Position numbers and translations under genes: made by a program. The notes beneath the pieces are model-generated. The model saw only the letters and a list, made by a program, of their open reading frames with translations. It did no database searches and was not told the origin of the DNA. This document shows positions 19,701 through 28,285 of a stretch of DNA of 64,000 nt, piece by piece. Position 1 is the stretch's first letter. Each line of letters opens with the position of its first letter. Origin of the DNA: a virus (taxonomy: Duplodnaviria > Caudoviricetes); IMG/VR virus record IMGVR_UViG_3300025697_000023, positions 805-64,804 of that record, one strand, 5' to 3'.

Positions 19701-20148
19701 CAAAGATCATAATAGGACGGTCAGGACGTGAGTATGTTAATAGCTCCTGGTGAAAAAGTGGAGCACAACAATCTATATTATTTTTGAGAGGCTTTTTGCG
19801 CTCACAACGCACCGCATACGTAAACCTTCCTACGAACGGCTTAAACACCGTGTTTATATCTATTGTCCGTAGAAAGGCCGCACGTACTATTTTCTCAATG
19901 TCTTTAGTCCATCCTTGATGGTTAATTAGACTAGCAGACGGTCCCGATAAAAATGGAGAATTAGCTACGCAGAAAAAATCAACTTTATGAGGAGTCCCTC
20001 CTGCGCCGTCAGTATAGTGTGCTTTTTGGGAAAGCTTACAAGTCTTACACTTGGGGCCGCGCCATGCATTTTCACCGCAGAGTTGGCAGAAATCATTCGT
20101 CGCGGGTCCATCCGTATTCGCTGGCGTCTTTTGGTCGTTGTTTACCAT
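16693..20148 (-). CDS. polA: family A DNA polymerase with N-terminal UDG-like domain, 3'-5' exonuclease and mini-intein
   Basis: Exo I LDTET, Exo II QNAKFD, Exo III YGAIDGD; TATFRL/SSS..NMQN, motif A DAKAAEVR, motif B RKTIKRVVFGILYG, motif C VHDS. N-terminal Cys cluster and YAVRC...CC.P resemble family-4 UDG. Confidence 0.92.
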   Translation of the reverse strand: MVNNDQKTPANTDGPATNDFCQLCGENAWRGPKCKTCKLSQKAHYTDGAGGTPHKVDFFCVANSPFLSGPSASLINHQGWTKDIEKIVRAAFLRTIDINTVFKPFVGRFTYAVRCERKKPLKNNIDCCAPLFHQELLTYSRPDRPIMIFAMGDSVLKSLGIKFRKYSATQEHFVTTTLQGRKVYIYVSMSKQQLAAKTGYFDLFKNHMDLFLSGVVDVGKGKAIQMTPTLDVLAKNYVFPKTLKEVEKLVDHILAYTENDVNPDNWIISLDTETNTKYPHRKNLKLLSLIVSWATGYSTSIPIEHPDTPWTFEQVAPLIQRILSSPKPKVLQNAKFDLKVLKSKGWDIRRIGWDTMLGEHLLVEDKKGFYGLKDLTNIMLPAYSGYEDTLQAILTATEGDSQIADAKQTAEKKKKLKGAAKKLAKDAATEGFLKIPLDDLNLYGAIDGDVTRQIVGLQRERAEQENTALAKRRGQWAHNAYFKHLAQPGCSMRDPTSANMFGRVIPTTRVLAEMELYGVKVDRDYVDELAVKMELSIVQSRAEMLPMVPENIKFNPSSAADVRKLLYGTGFKHPETGKIVCYSGVIEPPRTETGLASTNAQFLRSLATQHDCPLSRAILRYRATHKALTTFVANIKALSEEDGRMHTNFHQHGTATFRLCVSENTILDTDKGSFVISKLPLDLIPSVSIRTHKNRLRNIVKLFCKGDEEMYCVTLENGSSIEVTKNHGFYTPSEPGSIYGPLVIHRLKELDIGSEVTTCNRQRRIRDKYRSNKFGTSRIKSIRSIGIKGVWDIEVAYDHSFVAQGFVNHNSSSDENMQNVPYQIGQHNIKKSFIPTDPESQVICNADAKAAEVRIYAAYSKDKNLIKALNDGMDPHSFFAGMIFKPETILAEVQYASRKAVMNLIGIDEDHGWSYDDFNNRNNFKDTDPWYARQLEKLRKTIKRVVFGILYGASKYKIAQIVGISLEQAQTIIDALEKMFPSIPEYVRITKDQVRNIGVVETFLGRRRRFEMLGLTPYGRSKANRQAINFKIQSTSSDLVLEVLCEMAEPIRHDFGGHLLITVHDSIVAEIPKKYVSQIPDFVKEYGQTRVATRHPWLPVPFQWDVEVGPSYGEVIDIYDYMNKNNIEKLDPDAYLEQAIRADFEKEIAAS
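17719..18171 (-). mobile_element. mini-intein (~151 aa, no endonuclease) in DNA polymerase
   Basis: CVSENT...VTKNH...VWDIEV..DHSFVAQGFVNHN, inserted between FRL and SSS. Confidence 0.9.
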
Positions 20149-23100
20149 CTACTTGGTCCTTTACAGCAGCAATTACTGGAGTTTTAATCGACTCATCGCT
20201 ACTTCTTTCTCTGGGGGAACTAATGTCATCGGTGACACTTATCGCTACAACATGCTTGGCTTCTATTCGGGGCCCAAAATAGGGAACAGTCTTACTAAGA
20301 ACGTTAGACCGCACAACTTCAGGATCACTTAGAGTCTGTGTGTATCGTCTCAAGGTCGCCTTTAATTGAACGGGGGCGTAATTACTGAATCGATCTGGGA
20401 GCATATGGTCAATCCCTGTTAGTAAGAAAACTAATATTTTCTTTTCTGGATCAAAGTAAACACCCTGCATACAGTCATTTATAAATGAAGCCTCGTTACC
20501 ACTGGAAAGAAGCGAGGCTAAAGAACGCTTAGCCTGGTCTCTATCATATTGAAAAACTCTACTATGGATGAGTGCATGGAACAGATCGTCAGACATAGAC
20601 ACGTCACTAAGCATGTTAACTTCGTGTTTATTCTGTTCTACAAACTCACGGAAAAAGGCTTCCCAATCGCGTCCAATAAGTTTCAAGAACGACAGGACAG
20701 GAAATAAGTGAGAAGCCCAACGTTCTTCAACTTTCTGAGGTAACGTTGAATTAATTCTTTTGTAGAAAGCTTCGGCCACGTGTTCGTAGTTAGCTATAAG
20801 CTCAGGAACATGTGGATACATACAAACAGCAATGTCTCGAGCGATTCCTCTAACCGCTGTTTTTCCAAAACGCTCTAGCAGAATATTATTGGGAGAAGGT
20901 CTATGCGCGACATGCTGCATTTCTACGTGAATTACACGGTTGATATCCTGCGCCTTTTGAGCTGTAACAATTGCTGAGAATATAACCGGGTGTCGAAGAG
21001 TTGCTTCGTAAAAGGATCCGTGCTGAGTACCTCGAGCCCTTACTACTTCCCCGTTAATCATCGGGCGATACAGCTCAAAAATATTCAGTACATGACTGCT
21101 CTTACGTGTTCCGTCTGCAGATTCAAATTCATCCAAAGCCATGAGACGTCGGTCGTTATTTGCAGCACCCGCGATGGACGCCTCCGTGTAACTACCGGCG
21201 TATTGTGAACAGTAAAAAAGCTGAAGATCTCGCATACTGGTATCCTGGCCCGTAAATGTAGATACGAGTTTAGACTTACCCGAAGAAGAGTCTCCAGAAA
21301 TAAACATCATTAGTGGATTTGGAAAAGCATCCATCACAGACATGATAAAAGGAAGCGCCGCGATAAAGGTTTTCATTGTTTTGTGGTTCTTAAACTGGAA
21401 ACCAATATCGTAATATTCTTCTACAAAATTAAATATATTTGCTACATCAATAGAGGCGCCTTGTTCTAGTGTATTTTCCGTAAGTCCTCCGGGAAACCAC
21501 GCAGGTCCTCGGTGGTTAGCCTCTAACCCTACGTCAAAAATAATGTCTCTGTCTGAGGGGCCTTTTAGTTTCCGGTATGTAGTCACATCATTTTCTCTAT
21601 CAATTGCGAATATAGACTGACCACAGACAAGGTACTCTACGTAAACTTCACTAGGTAACTTGGTACGATGATATCCCTGCCTAAGATGTTGACTAACATC
21701 ATAGTCAGGTGCGCCAGGGGTAAGTGCTGCAACGGCGTCTCGCAGATAGAATTTTAGGAGATTATCTAATAGAGGCATTACGTGTCCCGTAGGGCTAGGT
21801 TCTGGCAAAGTAAAGAACGCAGGAAAACCTACATGTTGCTCTACAAAGTCATAACAAGAACCCGAGATTGTAGCTAGCTCTGAGGATATAGAACGGTCAT
21901 CACCTATTCGAAATTGATGATACCGTCCTGTTTTTTTGTTATGGCATATTAGAAAAGTAGAATCCTTGCGGCGTTGAGTACCCACTACAGTCATGATGTC
22001 TTGTATTGCGTCAGTACAGCGAGCTATAAAACCTTGTTCGCTGTCTTCATTGGATACAATTTCACGTTTAACGATGTTGGTGTTAAGCGCGAATGCTTCT
22101 GCAATAGTATCTACATAAATATCACAGTCAGTTTTGTTGCGGATATACTTACCGTGCTCCGCGGCTTTTTCGTGGCGTTTACGTTTATCGTCTTGATCTA
22201 TATTTTCGAGATCTATAGTAGCACGTTCTACTGCCCACCGCCAAACAGGTACGAAATTCTTAGCAACTTTTTTATGAAGAGCATCAATAACTTTAGCTTC
22301 TCCATACTGGATTACTGCGTCATCTAAATCTTTAGCAGGTAGGAGTTCTTCCCATCCTACAAATACCCGGGCATGTACCTCCGGCATCTTCTCAATCCAG
22401 GATTGAACTACCGAATCGCCGCGGCTTATCGGGGCGTCTCCTACAAGAAATGCAGTATCAATTCCTGAGGCTCTCAGGATAGGTTCAATATGGGCGGACC
22501 CCCCTTTACCTCCTACAGAAAGAAGGGGAACTTCAATGTTTCCTGAACTTGCTACTCGAGCCATCAGAGACATCACATCCATCTCGCCTTCAGTTAGATA
22601 CGCGTGTGTGATTTTTCCCCTTACGTCGGTAAAGTCTTGATAACCACTCCACCCAAGACCGTATAGACCTAAAAGATTTTCAAATGCATCATCCGGGATT
22701 ACAATTTTTTTGGGAGAGTCATTAGAAGGAACTCGAAGTTTAAGTCTTCCGATGTCCCGAGGAGTAACATGTAGGGGCCAAACGATAGCTCCGCTGTATC
22801 GACTACTCTTCATAGTTTCGGCCAGGTATTCTGTAGCGGGTACTGTCAGATTAGTAGGTTCATTATCTTCTTTTCTTTTTAGTTTCCACTCATTGAGTTT
22901 CCGTAGATAATTATCTGAAAGGATCTCTTGGAGTTCTGCTAGTGGTGGAAGGATACCTACAGGGAGTGCGTGAAGAATATCTAACGGAACTTTTCTTTCG
23001 AGATATAACCAGTCAAGTGCTTGTTGTGCTGCCGGGTGTTTTCCCGGCGTTGCTACTGCGTCTAGCATATAGCTATGTGATGTCTGATATATTGCTTGTT

Positions 23101-23494
23101 TGGTTTCCTGGTTGGTTCGTTGTTCTTCTAACTCTTGTAATACTTTCTGAGATAGAAAAGGAAATTTGTATCCCTCTTGGAGATACTGCATGGCTTCCGA
23201 AGGTGATGAATCCATCAGGAGAGCAACAAACTCAACCGGATCCGTAATATATAGATCACACCCGTAACACTTACAGAATCCTCGGCTAACGTTAGCGTAA
23301 AAGGATGGGGAAGTGTCCGCGTGATCCGGGCTAGGACAGAGTCCTTTGAGTGTCCCTTGGGATACAAACATAAACCCAAGGTTGGGCTTAAATGTGCGGA
23401 TGATCTCGAGCCAATTTTGGGGACTAATTTGAGTCCATATTTTCCAGAGTTGTTCTCGAGTTATCCCTTTCCTTTTGTAGGTTTTCTTTGCCAT
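20093..23494 (-). CDS. primase-helicase (CHC2-type Zn finger, TOPRIM, P-loop NTPase)
   Basis: CPSPDH.DTSPSF...CKCYGC; YLTEGEMD; VGD..GD; KDLDD; GDSSSGKS; ALDEFE. Confidence 0.82.
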   Translation of the reverse strand: MAKKTYKRKGITREQLWKIWTQISPQNWLEIIRTFKPNLGFMFVSQGTLKGLCPSPDHADTSPSFYANVSRGFCKCYGCDLYITDPVEFVALLMDSSPSEAMQYLQEGYKFPFLSQKVLQELEEQRTNQETKQAIYQTSHSYMLDAVATPGKHPAAQQALDWLYLERKVPLDILHALPVGILPPLAELQEILSDNYLRKLNEWKLKRKEDNEPTNLTVPATEYLAETMKSSRYSGAIVWPLHVTPRDIGRLKLRVPSNDSPKKIVIPDDAFENLLGLYGLGWSGYQDFTDVRGKITHAYLTEGEMDVMSLMARVASSGNIEVPLLSVGGKGGSAHIEPILRASGIDTAFLVGDAPISRGDSVVQSWIEKMPEVHARVFVGWEELLPAKDLDDAVIQYGEAKVIDALHKKVAKNFVPVWRWAVERATIDLENIDQDDKRKRHEKAAEHGKYIRNKTDCDIYVDTIAEAFALNTNIVKREIVSNEDSEQGFIARCTDAIQDIMTVVGTQRRKDSTFLICHNKKTGRYHQFRIGDDRSISSELATISGSCYDFVEQHVGFPAFFTLPEPSPTGHVMPLLDNLLKFYLRDAVAALTPGAPDYDVSQHLRQGYHRTKLPSEVYVEYLVCGQSIFAIDRENDVTTYRKLKGPSDRDIIFDVGLEANHRGPAWFPGGLTENTLEQGASIDVANIFNFVEEYYDIGFQFKNHKTMKTFIAALPFIMSVMDAFPNPLMMFISGDSSSGKSKLVSTFTGQDTSMRDLQLFYCSQYAGSYTEASIAGAANNDRRLMALDEFESADGTRKSSHVLNIFELYRPMINGEVVRARGTQHGSFYEATLRHPVIFSAIVTAQKAQDINRVIHVEMQHVAHRPSPNNILLERFGKTAVRGIARDIAVCMYPHVPELIANYEHVAEAFYKRINSTLPQKVEERWASHLFPVLSFLKLIGRDWEAFFREFVEQNKHEVNMLSDVSMSDDLFHALIHSRVFQYDRDQAKRSLASLLSSGNEASFINDCMQGVYFDPEKKILVFLLTGIDHMLPDRFSNYAPVQLKATLRRYTQTLSDPEVVRSNVLSKTVPYFGPRIEAKHVVAISVTDDISSPRERSSDESIKTPVIAAVKDQVDGKQRPKDASEYGWTRDE

Positions 23495-24287
23495 TGCCGC
23501 TTTCCGTAGTGTGCGCAGGACAATATCCTTTGTGATCGCACCAATTGCAGAGTTTAGATACGCCGGTTCTTTCGAAGTCCGCTGTATCGTGAGTAGCCTG
23601 GTTCAAGTAGTTAATCATGCGATCCCGTATCGGGTCAGCTGAGGTAACATCATACATCTGCCCGAACCGCACAACATCTATTTTAAGGAAGTTAATACCT
23701 ACTTGAATTTTTGTTAGATCCGGATGAGAAGCCTTAAGTAACCATACATAGCTATCAAACTGATGCTTAAAATATTTTAAGTTATGTTCTTTCCCTGTCT
23801 TATGATCTATGACCAGGCCATGAGATGTTCCCTTAAAGAGGCAAGAAAGATCTAGAACTCCGCGTAGAAACCCGCGCTTATTGTCAAAAAATTTAACAGG
23901 ATTTCCGTCAAGGTCCACGGCTAACCGGAGTTCGATCAGCGGTTTATTAGCCCTATGGCGGACGCAGTACTTATCAAATTTTTCAATAAAGTTTTGTACT
24001 GCGGGTTGAAAAAATTGAACTCGATTAATCTCTTCAGTAGTAAGTTCATTCGAAGCCAGAACCGCATCAAACGCCTTTGCTGGAGGATATCCATTGAGAA
24101 CATACTCGACGGCCTTGTGAACTACTTGTCCTACCATTGCGTCTGCGTTAGTTCTTCCTCGTTTCTTTTTTAGTACATAAGAAAACCAAAATTTTTTCGG
24201 ACACTCAGCAGCAGTACTAGCTTTGCTTGCTGACCAGGGAGCGTGTTCAAGCACAAATTTGGTGGGTTGCGGATCTTTCGTAGACAT
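23424..24287 (-). CDS. PD-(D/E)XK nuclease, RecB/Cas4-like, with 4-Cys cluster
   Basis: WSAS....ECPKKF, VHKAVE, GVLD, IDHKTG, QFDSY, CNWC....C. Start chosen at MSTKD. Confidence 0.8.
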   Translation of the reverse strand: MSTKDPQPTKFVLEHAPWSASKASTAAECPKKFWFSYVLKKKRGRTNADAMVGQVVHKAVEYVLNGYPPAKAFDAVLASNELTTEEINRVQFFQPAVQNFIEKFDKYCVRHRANKPLIELRLAVDLDGNPVKFFDNKRGFLRGVLDLSCLFKGTSHGLVIDHKTGKEHNLKYFKHQFDSYVWLLKASHPDLTKIQVGINFLKIDVVRFGQMYDVTSADPIRDRMINYLNQATHDTADFERTGVSKLCNWCDHKGYCPAHTTESGNGKENLQKERDNSRTTLENMDSN

Positions 24288-24303
24288 GGAAACAGTCCTT
24301 TCT

Positions 24304-24347
24304 GAAAAAGTCCAGGAAAGAGGGCCCTTGCGAGCCCTCTCCCCAGA
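24304..24347 (-). terminator. intrinsic terminator
   Basis: Minus strand GAGAGGGCTC-GCAA-GGGCCCTCTT hairpin followed by T-rich sequence, just after the 24358 stop. Confidence 0.75.
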
Positions 24348-24357
24348 CAACTACCTG

Positions 24358-25410
24358 TTACATGTTATCCGGTGCTTTTTCCATGTCATCGTAATTGGGA
24401 GTATCTCCTGATTCCGTGGACTTTTGATCCCCGGCACCCTCGTCTCCCTGATTATTTTGTCGGGCTTCTTCTGCTTGACTATATATCCGCGCTAATCCTG
24501 GAAGAATATAAGCTACTTCAGCACTTGTACACATTGTTTCACAGAAATCATGAAGTTCCTCGGGAACATTTTCATCTGCGTTAACATTTGTTTCCTGCGT
24601 AAACCACCGGAAAGATCGTTCCGTATCTTTGTGCTCTTCGGAAGTTACCCGGTACCAGCGCTCCCAAGGAAGACCAAAGATACCACCCTTTTTAGCGAAA
24701 CGCATGAGTCGTCGTCCTGCAGGTTCACTCGTACGTGAGAAACGTACTAGGACAATATCCGAGAGATCGCGAGGAAGCATGAATGCAATAACATCATCGC
24801 TACAGAGTTGGTCTTTCTTTCCATCTCTCCAGGGCAAGTTAGGACAATCAGCACAGGTACCGAAACGGTTACCCATGCGGCGGTCCATGCTAGTACACAC
24901 GGGCATTTTAGAAGTACTCCCGGCGTCCCTATCCGGCCACATAGTACGACCTTCCCAGATAGCAACTACGGTTCCTTCAAAAACTTTTCCTACATTTTCT
25001 TTAGTCGTGAGATAGAACTGTCCCGGGATAGCAGTCTCAGGTCGATTAGCGTCTGCTCCTGTTCCCTGGTAGAGCCGTAACTCTGTGTAGTCAGGTCGGT
25101 CATTCGAAGAATAGATCCCCTTTTTATCCGTTGCCATACGTCGCATAATTGCTGCCACAGCTTCCTGCTGTTCTGTAGGTAGCGAAGTAATAATCGCACG
25201 CATGGTAGCTTTAGTAGGAATGTCTTTTTCAACAGCCTCTATACGAGTCAAATACCTGTCCAAGAATAAGTCAGATCCGTTAAGTGTTTTTGCGAGGGAT
25301 ACCGTAGTGGTATCTTCGGGCTTCGCAATAGCCTCTGTTTGCTCCTGGGGAGCTGCTTCTGCTGTGTCTTCTGACACAACAGCGTCGTTGGTCCTCTTCT
25401 TCTTTGTCAT
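24358..25410 (-). CDS. putative ssDNA-binding or recombination protein
   Basis: AGGAGA SD before MTKKK; acidic C-terminal tail; own terminator; replication context. Function inferred only. Confidence 0.45.
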   Translation of the reverse strand: MTKKKRTNDAVVSEDTAEAAPQEQTEAIAKPEDTTTVSLAKTLNGSDLFLDRYLTRIEAVEKDIPTKATMRAIITSLPTEQQEAVAAIMRRMATDKKGIYSSNDRPDYTELRLYQGTGADANRPETAIPGQFYLTTKENVGKVFEGTVVAIWEGRTMWPDRDAGSTSKMPVCTSMDRRMGNRFGTCADCPNLPWRDGKKDQLCSDDVIAFMLPRDLSDIVLVRFSRTSEPAGRRLMRFAKKGGIFGLPWERWYRVTSEEHKDTERSFRWFTQETNVNADENVPEELHDFCETMCTSAEVAYILPGLARIYSQAEEARQNNQGDEGAGDQKSTESGDTPNYDDMEKAPDNM

Positions 25411-25507
25411 TGTGATTTCTCCTGTTTGTTGAAGGACCCTCAGGGTAAGACAATTCAATTACATTGTCCATCGATATGTGTTAAAAAGAACTATAAGGAG
25501 GCTGAAA

Positions 25508-26530
25508 ATGTCCGATGATTTTTTTCTAGACCGGGTATTTACGGCGTATTACGATGATGTAGGTAAACATGAGGTATTAACACCGGAAAAAGAACGTAAA
25601 TTACTACTACAGTATCGTACCTGCTCCCACTGTGACACACCTATTCCGCAAAAAATACCGGAAACCAACTGTCCGTTTTGCGGTACAATGGTTCCGTCAA
25701 CGACTAGTGCTAAGGGGCGACAACATATTTGTAGCTCTTGTTCTGCCAAATTTGATATACAGATTACACCTAAAAGATGTCCTACCTGCGGTGCTGATAG
25801 AGATACAAAATCCCGGGAACAATTAATAATTTCTAATCTTCGTTTTGTTATGAAAACTGCTAAAAGTTTCTCCCGTAAACCTGCCCATATTCAGCGGCTG
25901 GTATCTGCTGGTAACGTTGGATTGATACTCGCAGTTGACAAATTTGAGTTGAGTAAAGAAACAAGATTTTTAACTTATGCTGCCTGGTGGATTCGAAAAG
26001 AAATGTTGGACGAGATTAACAGTCTGGGACTAATTCATATCCCTTCGCATAAACAGAAATCTATGCGTAAAGAAATGAAAGAAGGAACATACGTTTGTCG
26101 CCATTGTGAAATGCGAACACATACGCCTGACCACATAGCACATCTCCCTCCTTGCGTAGAAAAAACGCATGAGTTTATTTTACCAGATGTTCCTAGCCTC
26201 TTTCACTCAATTACCACTATAGAAAATCTTTCACTGTCGGATAATAAAGACGTAGAGTTTGACGCTATCGGTGATAACTCTGCACGTATTTTACGAGATG
26301 CTATCCGGTCCATGAATGTAAGTGAGCGGGATAAATTTATAGTTATTCAATACTATAATGTTCCCCAAGAAGAACGAAAAAGTGCACAACCTAAGAGTCT
26401 TCATCAGCTCGCGTCTGTCGCAAGAATTACGCCAGAACGAGTACGACAGATAAAAGAAAAATTACTAAAAGATTTGCGTGTAGAGATGAAGCGTCGATCT
26501 GTTGGTGATGCTCAGGATATTTGTTGGTAA
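25508..26530 (+). CDS. sigma-70 family factor with Zn-ribbon insertions
   Basis: Region 1.2 YYDDVGKHEVLTPEKE; region 2 LIISNLRFV, GNVGLILAVDKFE, RFLTYAAWWIRK; region 4 ITPERVRQIKEK; AAGGAGG SD. Confidence 0.9.
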   Translation: MSDDFFLDRVFTAYYDDVGKHEVLTPEKERKLLLQYRTCSHCDTPIPQKIPETNCPFCGTMVPSTTSAKGRQHICSSCSAKFDIQITPKRCPTCGADRDTKSREQLIISNLRFVMKTAKSFSRKPAHIQRLVSAGNVGLILAVDKFELSKETRFLTYAAWWIRKEMLDEINSLGLIHIPSHKQKSMRKEMKEGTYVCRHCEMRTHTPDHIAHLPPCVEKTHEFILPDVPSLFHSITTIENLSLSDNKDVEFDAIGDNSARILRDAIRSMNVSERDKFIVIQYYNVPQEERKSAQPKSLHQLASVARITPERVRQIKEKLLKDLRVEMKRRSVGDAQDICW

Positions 26531-26535
26531 TAAAC

Positions 26536-26565
26536 TTGTCGAGGGATGGCTGTCTCCCCCGACAA
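26536..26565. terminator. hairpin between convergent sigma and ParB-like genes
   Basis: TTGTCG-AGGGA...TCCC-CCGACAA inverted repeat. Confidence 0.5.
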
Positions 26566-26577
26566 TTATTCTTAAGG

Positions 26578-27552
26578 CTATTCTTCTATTCGTATTCCGT
26601 TAGAGATCTCGAGACCTTCTAGAATACCTTTAATACGTGCGCGGTTTACTTGACTCGAGGTACGCTTTAAGCGCTCCTCGAAATGTTGGCACCACTCTTG
26701 ACTGATTTTGGGTGTGATCATTTTCATTTCTTTTAAGACAGCAGGAGTGTACTCCGTAGTTATTTCTTCGACTTCTTTCCCTGCCTTTTTATCTGCTGCA
26801 GCTTTCTTGGAACCCTTGGCAACTTTGCCCTTGGGCTTTTCGTCCTTGGCAGCCGCTTTTGCTTCTTTCTTCGCAGTATACTTGTTGAGGCGTTCCTGCG
26901 CTTCTGAAGAATTCAGCTTGTCGTTCATGATAGACTCAAGCAGCTGATTTGCAATATTTGTGTCCCCCTCGTCTTCACTCGAGAAGTAGGGTGCAAACAT
27001 TCGAGCATGCGTAGGCGTGAGATTTTCTTTCTTGACTTCGTTTTGCCATTTAACCGGTAACTTGAAAATAGAAAGGCGATGACTAACGAAGGCTTCTTTT
27101 ACTCCAAAATCTTTGGCGATTTCAGTGCTCTTTGCCCCCTGTTCAACTAGCTTATTGTAGACCAGCCCTTTTTCGTAGTCCGTGTTGTCTTTACGTTGTG
27201 AGTTAATAATAGTGGAATCTCGAAGATCAGTAGTTGCATTCTTTTCTTCTTTACTGACGTCTACAAACACGTTTGCTTCTTTAGCTCCTAGATCCTTAAG
27301 TGCTGCATAACGGCGTCGTCCATCTTTTAAGATGTATTTTCCAGCCTTGGTAGGATGGGCACGAACGACGAGAGGAGCTAGCAGTCCCCGAGCTTTAATC
27401 GACTGTATAAGCTCACTAATATTTCCAATCTTTTCTCTGTTCCAGTCGTCTGAGAAAATAATATCCGAGAGTTTTACGACGGTAGGAACAACTGAAACTT
27501 TTTCAGCCTTGGACGAAGGCGTAGCCTTCTCTTTTTGGGTAGGTTCGGTCAT
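26578..27552 (-). CDS. ParB-like protein
   Basis: LIQSIKARGLLAPLVVR, DGRRRYAA, N.QRKD, HTH-like segment, Lys/Ala-rich linker. Confidence 0.85.
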   Translation of the reverse strand: MTEPTQKEKATPSSKAEKVSVVPTVVKLSDIIFSDDWNREKIGNISELIQSIKARGLLAPLVVRAHPTKAGKYILKDGRRRYAALKDLGAKEANVFVDVSKEEKNATTDLRDSTIINSQRKDNTDYEKGLVYNKLVEQGAKSTEIAKDFGVKEAFVSHRLSIFKLPVKWQNEVKKENLTPTHARMFAPYFSSEDEGDTNIANQLLESIMNDKLNSSEAQERLNKYTAKKEAKAAAKDEKPKGKVAKGSKKAAADKKAGKEVEEITTEYTPAVLKEMKMITPKISQEWCQHFEERLKRTSSQVNRARIKGILEGLEISNGIRIEE

Positions 27553-27570
27553 TGCGTTTTCTCCTGTAGG

Positions 27571-27789
27571 TTAGTTGTCTAGCGAAAGCTCGCGTAAAAA
27601 CGCGCTCTTGTTGACACGATGCATTTGCAGATTCTTAGGTAAGGTGTTGCCCAGTATTTCTCCCAGTAAGTGATACAACTCAAGAGAGAGAGGCACCAGG
27701 CTTTCTTCAGAATTAAAGACAAGCATATACAGCGCAGAGATAGACTCAAGTTTTGCTTCGTCTGAGGGTATTTTCCGTAGCTTAGTCAT
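27571..27789 (-). CDS. hypothetical protein
   Basis: Start MTKLRK overlaps the upstream stop (ATGACTAA). Confidence 0.5.
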   Translation of the reverse strand: MTKLRKIPSDEAKLESISALYMLVFNSEESLVPLSLELYHLLGEILGNTLPKNLQMHRVNKSAFLRELSLDN

Positions 27790-27946
27790 GTTTTTCAAAA
27801 GGTTCCGTCCCATGTACAGGACATTTGTCTACACCTGTTTTTGTTTGGTCCTCAAGAGGTGAGTCACAAACAGGACACGTGTCTTTACCTTTTTTATCTT
27901 TGGCTACTTTCTTACGACCCTGCTCCTCTACACCGTATTTTTCCAT
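27782..27946 (-). CDS. 54-aa Zn-ribbon protein (not in ORF track)
   Basis: MEKYGVEEQGRKKVAKDKKGKDTCPVCDSPLEDQTKTGVDKCPVHGTEPFEKHD; fills the gap between neighbouring genes. Confidence 0.65.
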   Translation of the reverse strand: MEKYGVEEQGRKKVAKDKKGKDTCPVCDSPLEDQTKTGVDKCPVHGTEPFEKHD

Positions 27947-27950
27947 CGAA

Positions 27951-28283
27951 CTAATCCTTTTTCTTGTCGAGATGAATTTCGTCTACAAGTTGTAATACTC
28001 GAGCTTCACATCCGTTGCCGCCCCTACTACGTTTTTCGTCGGGACCACAAAGAGAAATTTTGTCCTGAATAGTGAGTTGACCGTCTACAACTGAAATTGT
28101 AATCACTGCTGGGAAATGCTTGCTATCGGCATCCCAAATTTCTCTAACTATGCTGGTAATTTGTTCTACCGTTGCTTCCGTTGTTTTACGTTCTTCGATA
28201 CATTCCACGAGTTCATCGTGAGAAACATGAAGAGAATCCGAGCGACCGCATCGGTCACACTTGTTAGTAATTTCGACTGACAT
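27951..28283 (-). CDS. hypothetical protein with CxxC motif
   Basis: CDRC ... LC ... C; tightly packed with neighbours. Confidence 0.6.
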   Translation of the reverse strand: MSVEITNKCDRCGRSDSLHVSHDELVECIEERKTTEATVEQITSIVREIWDADSKHFPAVITISVVDGQLTIQDKISLCGPDEKRSRGGNGCEARVLQLVDEIHLDKKKD

Positions 28284-28285
28284 GC

